From contig CAYLRB010000004.1 in NCBI GenBank assembly GCA_964386265.1, positions 1-47,396 of the forward strand: a stretch of 47,396 nt of DNA. Direction: 5' to 3'. The notes beneath the pieces are model-generated. The model had not been told where the DNA came from. It ran no database searches and saw only the letters and a program-made list of their open reading frames with translations. Shown in pieces: positions 44,301 to 47,396 of this stretch; position 1 is the stretch's first letter, and every line of letters starts with the position of its first letter. Source of the stretch: an uncultured Candidatus Peribacteria bacterium. Its GTDB lineage: Bacteria > Patescibacteriota > Gracilibacteria > UBA1369 > UM-FILTER-41-14. The position numbers were made by a program, and so were the translations under genes.

Positions 44301-44799
44301 ACTCAAGTTCTGCTTGGAAGCTGTCAGCATCATCTTTGCTTGCGAAATAGTTGTATTTTTCACCCCAGAATCTCCAGCAACCAGCTAGGCGCTCGATTAC
44401 TTGTTTAGCACTTTTTTCTGCTCCTTTGATAATGTTTCCTTCGCTATCTTTCATGACATTCCCGTCTTTGTCGTATTGTGGTACGCCTGCTTTTCGGAAA
44501 TATTTTGAGATCATGATGTCTGAAGCAACTTGTGACCATGCTTTAGGTATTTCACAATCTGTCATCTCAAATACGGTTTCACCACCTGTGCTGCTGATTT
44601 TTGCACTGCGTAGTTCGTATTCAATGTTCTCTAGTGGTTTTTCGCCTGTGGAGGTGAAATAGCGGTCGATTTTTAGACCAATGCCAGTTGCATTTTTGTT
44701 TGTTTCGAACCTAGGTAGTTTGCCACCTAAACCACGATCGCCACTAATTTTGGCTAATGGATTCATATTTTTAAAGTTGTTAAGATTCTCCTGTCCCAA
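41371..44799 (-). CDS. nrdJ: ribonucleoside-triphosphate/diphosphate reductase, class II (adenosylcobalamin-dependent)
   Basis: 1142 aa. NPCSEY (active-site Cys loop), TVIAPTGTIG, GISKTINMP and a C-terminal Cys-rich zinc ribbon CSTCGH..CYKCLNCG typical of long NrdJ proteins. The track start is TTG 44799; ATG at 44766 (MNPLAKISG) is an alternative. Confidence 0.85.
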   Translation of the reverse strand: MGQENLNNFKNMNPLAKISGDRGLGGKLPRFETNKNATGIGLKIDRYFTSTGEKPLENIEYELRSAKISSTGGETVFEMTDCEIPKAWSQVASDIMISKYFRKAGVPQYDKDGNVMKDSEGNIIKGAEKSAKQVIERLAGCWRFWGEKYNYFASKDDADSFQAELEYMLVKQMAAPNSPQWFNTGLHWKYDINGPSQGHYYVDPDTGVLVESDDSYSHPQPHACFIQAVKDDLVNEGGLMDLWVREARLFKYGSGTGTNFSNLRGEGEPLSGGGNSSGLMSFLKIGDSAAGAIKSGGTTRRAAKMVCLDLDHPDIEEFINWKKNEEKKVAALIAAGYDSDFNGEAYRTVAGQNSNNSVRVPHEFMDALEQDSDWQLKWRTNGHVCKTVKARDLWNQIAEAAWACADPGVQYDGTINEWHTCPNSGRINASNPCSEYMFLDNTACNLASLNLIHFFDQENCTFDVPAMKHAIRLWTIVLEISVLMAQFPSKEIAELSYKFRTLGLGYANLGTVLMIAGIPYDSKEGRAIAGAITAILTGDSYATSAELSEALGPFPGYEENREPMLKVMRNHRRAAYNAPAEEYENLRIKPVAINPQHCPEYLLKAAQQSWDAALTQGEEHGYRNAQTTVIAPTGTIGLLMDCDTTGIEPDFALVKFKKLAGGGYFKIINQSVEPALKNLGYNQTERKEILDYVLGTLSLTNKSDINRASLAPKGFTEEMFAIIEQQLVKSFSLGDAFQAWVLGEENMTKLGFDKDKTSQPGFNLLKALGFTEEQIATANHIICGSMTVEGAPHLKDEHLPVFDCANKCGSIGKRFIHHNGHIHMMAAAQPFISGAISKTINMPNEATVEEIKGAYLESWKLGIKANALYRDGSKLSQPLNTSSASGAEVSELVTELQTKLDTAIAELNQLKEARQRSLKRKLPTKREGLTIESNIGGQKIHVRTGEYEDGSLGEVFIDMFKEGASYRSLLNSLAVAISIGLQYGVPLDTYVEKFTFTRFEPSGMTNHDNVKSATSILDFIFRVLGMEYLNRTDFVHVKPEITRVETIAKYHSLLKTNTNTKTPGTSPVNTGGGTGGGDEQLDKIKQAITVEQNASNKQEDLNDQHLKSMMGDAPACSTCGHITVRNGSCYKCLNCGNSEGCS

Positions 44800-44857
44800 T
44801 CTCTGCTAGCTTGTTTTGAGATTGTGACAAGTTTTTGTGTGTGTTTTTCGGTCTTGG

Positions 44858-44873
44858 ACACAATATGTTGTGT
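44858..44873. promoter_or_regulatory. NrdR box 1
   Basis: ACACAATATGTTGTGT matches 15 of 16 positions of the NrdR-box palindrome acaCwAtATaTwGtgt. It lies in the nrdJ upstream region. Confidence 0.55.
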
Positions 44874-44890
44874 CTCGTCGATCGATGTAG

Positions 44891-44906
44891 GCACAATATA
44901 TATGAC
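44891..44906. promoter_or_regulatory. NrdR box 2 (half-degenerate)
   Basis: GCACAATATATATGAC has a good left half and a poor right half (11/16). It starts 33 bp from box 1, close to the usual ~3-helical-turn tandem spacing, and overlaps the putative -10. Confidence 0.4.
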
Positions 44907-44923
44907 GATAGCTGATCGATCAA
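44895..44923 (-). promoter_or_regulatory. candidate nrdJ promoter
   Basis: On the minus strand: TTGATC (44923-44918), 17 nt, TATATT (44900-44895). The -10 lies inside NrdR box 2. Confidence 0.4.
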
Positions 44924-44967
44924 CAGAAAAATAAAAAATTGTTTAAGGCTTAGGAAAGCCAATCTTG

Positions 44968-45010
44968 ACAAATAAATAAAATAAAAATCCCTCCTGACAA
45001 GAGGAGGGAT
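44968..45010 (-). terminator. intrinsic terminator after the 62-aa ORF
   Basis: On the minus strand, ATCCCTCCT-CTTGTC-AGGAGGGAT (9-bp stem, 44987-45010) is followed by TTTTTATTTTATTTATTT. Confidence 0.7.
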
Positions 45011-45041
45011 GGTGGTTATCTTGTTCAATAAATTTGAACGA

Positions 45042-45230
45042 TTAGTTGAAGTATTCTTCTAGTGATCTGTGGGCGGGGCAATAAACTATTTTGACTTGTT
45101 TACCAGTTTGTTTGGCAATATCAAAGATTTCCTGTTCTGGTAATTGTTGGCAGTCAGGGCAAACCGCTATTGCTGCTGATGGTGTTTCTGGTTGTTGTGT
45201 TTCTCGGTGAGTCTTTGATTCTAAACTCAT
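45042..45230 (-). CDS. small Cys/His protein (possible zinc-binding), unknown function
   Basis: 62 aa with CPDC ... CPAH. It has its own terminator and is co-oriented with dcd upstream. Confidence 0.4.
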   Translation of the reverse strand: MSLESKTHRETQQPETPSAAIAVCPDCQQLPEQEIFDIAKQTGKQVKIVYCPAHRSLEEYFN

Positions 45231-45312
45231 ATTTAATAAATAAAAAATAGTGCTATATATTTACATCAAAAAAATAAATGTCAATGTAATTATTAGTTGC
45301 ACTTGGTAAGTT

Positions 45313-45900
45313 TTAAAACTTCAACTCTGGGTCAATATTAATCATACTCTCTTGTGGTAGTTCTTGGCCTTGGTATTTGGAAGTTGCTTTCATGTGATAA
45401 GGAACTTCAGCTACCGAGCTCATAGTTTCAAATGCTAGTTGGCAAACGCGCATACCTGGATAAAGAGCGACTGGTAAACGGTTTATATTTGTGATTTCTA
45501 AAGTGATTGTGCCTTCAAAACCGGCATCAACAAAGCCAGCGGTTGAGTGAACGATAATGCCTAAACGGCCTAGTGAGCTGCGTCCTTCTACGCGGGCAAC
45601 AAGATCGTCTGCAATTTTAATTTTCTCTAAAGTTGCACCTAGAACAAATTCTCCCGGTTGAACATAAAATGGTTGCCCGGGCTCTTCTATAGTAATTAGT
45701 TGTGTTAGATCTTTGAATCCTTGTGGATCGCGAGGGTCTAACACAGCATGTTGGCTGTGTTTATAGATTTTGAAGTGTTTACCAAGCCTCAAATCCATTG
45801 ATGAAGCATTGATATTGCTAAAATGGTCATCATTTGGAGATGTAATTACAATGTCTCCAGTAGCAATTTTGCTTTTAATATCTCTATCTGAAAGAATCAT
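45313..45900 (-). CDS. dcd: dCTP deaminase
   Basis: MILSDRDI N-terminus, VEGRSSLGRLGI and GFEGTITLEI motifs of the Dcd/dUTPase-fold family. Confidence 0.85.
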   Translation of the reverse strand: MILSDRDIKSKIATGDIVITSPNDDHFSNINASSMDLRLGKHFKIYKHSQHAVLDPRDPQGFKDLTQLITIEEPGQPFYVQPGEFVLGATLEKIKIADDLVARVEGRSSLGRLGIIVHSTAGFVDAGFEGTITLEITNINRLPVALYPGMRVCQLAFETMSSVAEVPYHMKATSKYQGQELPQESMINIDPELKF

Positions 45901-45911
45901 AAGTTTTTATA

Positions 45912-47288
45912 TTAAGATTTAAAATAAAGGTCTACGAGGTTAGTTGCTTGACCAATGTAGTTGTGTGGAGTTACTGCTAACATAGCTTCTTTGGCCTCTT
46001 TTGGTGCATCTAGTTCGTTTATGAAATTGGTAAACGTTTCTTGGTTTACATTTTGACCACGAGTTAAGGCTTTTAATTGTTCGTATGGTGCTTCAATGTG
46101 ATGTCGTCTCATAATAGTTTGTAGAGCTTCTGCTACGATGACCCAATGATTTTCAAGGTCTTGGCTAATTACTTCTTCGTTCACAGCTAATTTTCCTAAA
46201 CCTTTTTGGAAAGAGCCATAGCTTAAAAAACTGTAGCCAACTGCAATTCCAAGATTTCTTTGTACTGTTGAATCACTTAGATCTCTTTGTAGGCGTGAGA
46301 TCATTAGTTTTTGCTCGAGAAAACAACATATTGCGTTTGCAAGTTCAAGATTTCCTTCGGCATTTTCAAAATCAATTGGATTTACTTTATGAGGCATTGT
46401 TGATGATCCAATTTCTCCACTTACTGTTTTTTGGCCAAAGTAGTTGAGACCAATGTAAAGCCAGCAATCAGTGGAAAGGTCTAAAATTATTGAATTAGCT
46501 CGGCGTAATTTGCTGTAGAAACGGCTTGTGCTATCGTGTGGTTCAATTTGAGTAGTCCACATATTGGCTTTTAGTTCGAGATGTTGCTCGATGAATTTTG
46601 CGGTTTCTTTAATCCAGTCTACTTTGTCACTTGATACTGTATGAGCATTGTAGTTGCCAGTTGCACCGTTAAATTTGGCTAAAAATTCATGTTCTGTAAG
46701 CTCCTTAATTGCAAATTTTAAGCGGGCTGCATAGTTTATAAACTCTTTACCTAGTGTAGTTGGACTAGCAGGTTGTCCATGCGTTCTTGATAACATAGGC
46801 AGAGCCTTGTAGCGTTCGCCAAGTTCTTCGATCATCTCTAGTGTCCTAGTTAATGCAGGTTGCAGGATTTGTTCTTTAGCGTTTTTTAGCATCAATGAGT
46901 ATGCTGTATTGTTGATATCTTCTGAAGTACAAGCAAAATGTACAAATTCAAGTAAATCAGGTAGCTTTAGCTCTTTTAGTTTTTCTTTTAGGTAGTATTC
47001 AAGCGCTTTTACATCGTGGTTTGTTGTACTCTCGATTTCTTTGACTTGCTGTGCTGCGGCTATATCAAAATAGCTATGTACTTCCATTAGGGCGTTTACT
47101 TGTTCAGTGCTTAATGTGTGTGTGCCAGATAGCTTTAGTTCATTGCAAAGATAAATAAGCCATTTTATCTCAACAAACAGTCTGTATTTGATTAATGCAA
47201 ACTCGGAAAAATATTGTTGTAGAATTTCAGTTTTATTGTTGTAACGACCGTCGAGAGGGCTGATGGCCATCAATGAATGCATGTCCAT
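45912..47288 (-). CDS. purB: adenylosuccinate lyase
   Basis: SPLDGRY N-terminus, TSEDINN, the GSSTMPHKVNPIDFEN signature loop, 458 aa. Confidence 0.9.
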   Translation of the reverse strand: MDMHSLMAISPLDGRYNNKTEILQQYFSEFALIKYRLFVEIKWLIYLCNELKLSGTHTLSTEQVNALMEVHSYFDIAAAQQVKEIESTTNHDVKALEYYLKEKLKELKLPDLLEFVHFACTSEDINNTAYSLMLKNAKEQILQPALTRTLEMIEELGERYKALPMLSRTHGQPASPTTLGKEFINYAARLKFAIKELTEHEFLAKFNGATGNYNAHTVSSDKVDWIKETAKFIEQHLELKANMWTTQIEPHDSTSRFYSKLRRANSIILDLSTDCWLYIGLNYFGQKTVSGEIGSSTMPHKVNPIDFENAEGNLELANAICCFLEQKLMISRLQRDLSDSTVQRNLGIAVGYSFLSYGSFQKGLGKLAVNEEVISQDLENHWVIVAEALQTIMRRHHIEAPYEQLKALTRGQNVNQETFTNFINELDAPKEAKEAMLAVTPHNYIGQATNLVDLYFKS

Positions 47289-47298
47289 AGTTGATTTT

Positions 47299-47396
47299 TT
47301 AAATATGTAAGTTAGCTTTTATACGTGGCAGTGGGTCACCGATTTCTACATCCAGTTTTAGGCCAGTGATTTGTTCATAGGCTTGAATATATTTTT
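47299..47396 (-). CDS. 3' end of an upstream co-oriented gene (5' part outside window), function not assignable
   Basis: The minus-strand frame reads ..KYIQAYEQITGLKLDVEIGDPLPRIKANLHI then TAA (47301-47299), 10 nt before the purB start. Too short to identify. Confidence 0.4.
   Translation of the reverse strand, partial: KYIQAYEQITGLKLDVEIGDPLPRIKANLHI

Noticed and set aside
44800-44900. Cobalamin riboswitch in the 5' UTR of the B12-dependent RNR
   Set aside because: I could not find a B12-box-like conserved core or the multi-stem architecture. Biologically, B12 riboswitches usually control B12-independent isozymes or transport rather than nrdJ. The NrdR boxes explain the region.
44780-45028. 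82-aa minus-strand ORF upstream of nrdJ
   Set aside because: It overlaps the nrdJ start, the NrdR boxes, the promoter and the terminator hairpin of the upstream gene. The composition is AT-run driven, so it is most likely not coding.
1-47396. Alternative genetic code (UGA recoded, as in some candidate phyla)
   Set aside because: Genes with well-known families are full length and tightly packed under the standard code. No family-recognisable gene is split at an in-frame TGA.

Overview
AT-rich bacterial chromosomal segment, densely coded and read with the standard genetic code. Gene content and a CasY-like nuclease suggest an uncultivated, possibly CPR/Patescibacteria-type lineage (inference). 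Most of the window is housekeeping: partial pgi, flavodoxin with a 2-oxoacid:ferredoxin oxidoreductase pair, transaldolase, LOG, mscL, SLH-domain envelope proteins, a DsbB-like protein, an MGMT-like protein, a DEAD-box helicase, rlmN, Fic, ung, tRNA-Asn, grx4/bolA, a class II ribonucleotide reductase with NrdR boxes, dcd and purB. An 11-gene, ~10.5-kb mevalonate plus carotenoid supercluster spans 14754-25252. The stand-out is a complete class 2 type V CRISPR-Cas locus at 32194-39374. It consists of a 1335-aa single effector, cas4, cas1, cas2, a 334-nt non-coding region and 14 identical 37-nt repeats with 13 spacers of 30-35 nt. In the effector only the last ~290 aa are recognisable: a split RuvC (D..E..D) plus a Cys4 zinc ribbon. 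Its motifs resemble CasY/Cas12d as I remember it. The full adaptation module, the long unstructured repeat and the long spacers do not fit the minimal architecture usually described for that subtype. The non-coding region carries an 11-nt and a 9-nt perfect anti-repeat embedded in two mutually exclusive hairpins, which makes it a candidate tracrRNA/scoutRNA-like element. Secondary observations: an archaeal-style thiolase/HMG-CoA synthase/OB-fold trio, a mevalonate pathway with no phosphomevalonate kinase in the cluster, a UbiA prenyltransferase coupled to crtI, and an apparently circularly permuted GT-B glycosyltransferase.
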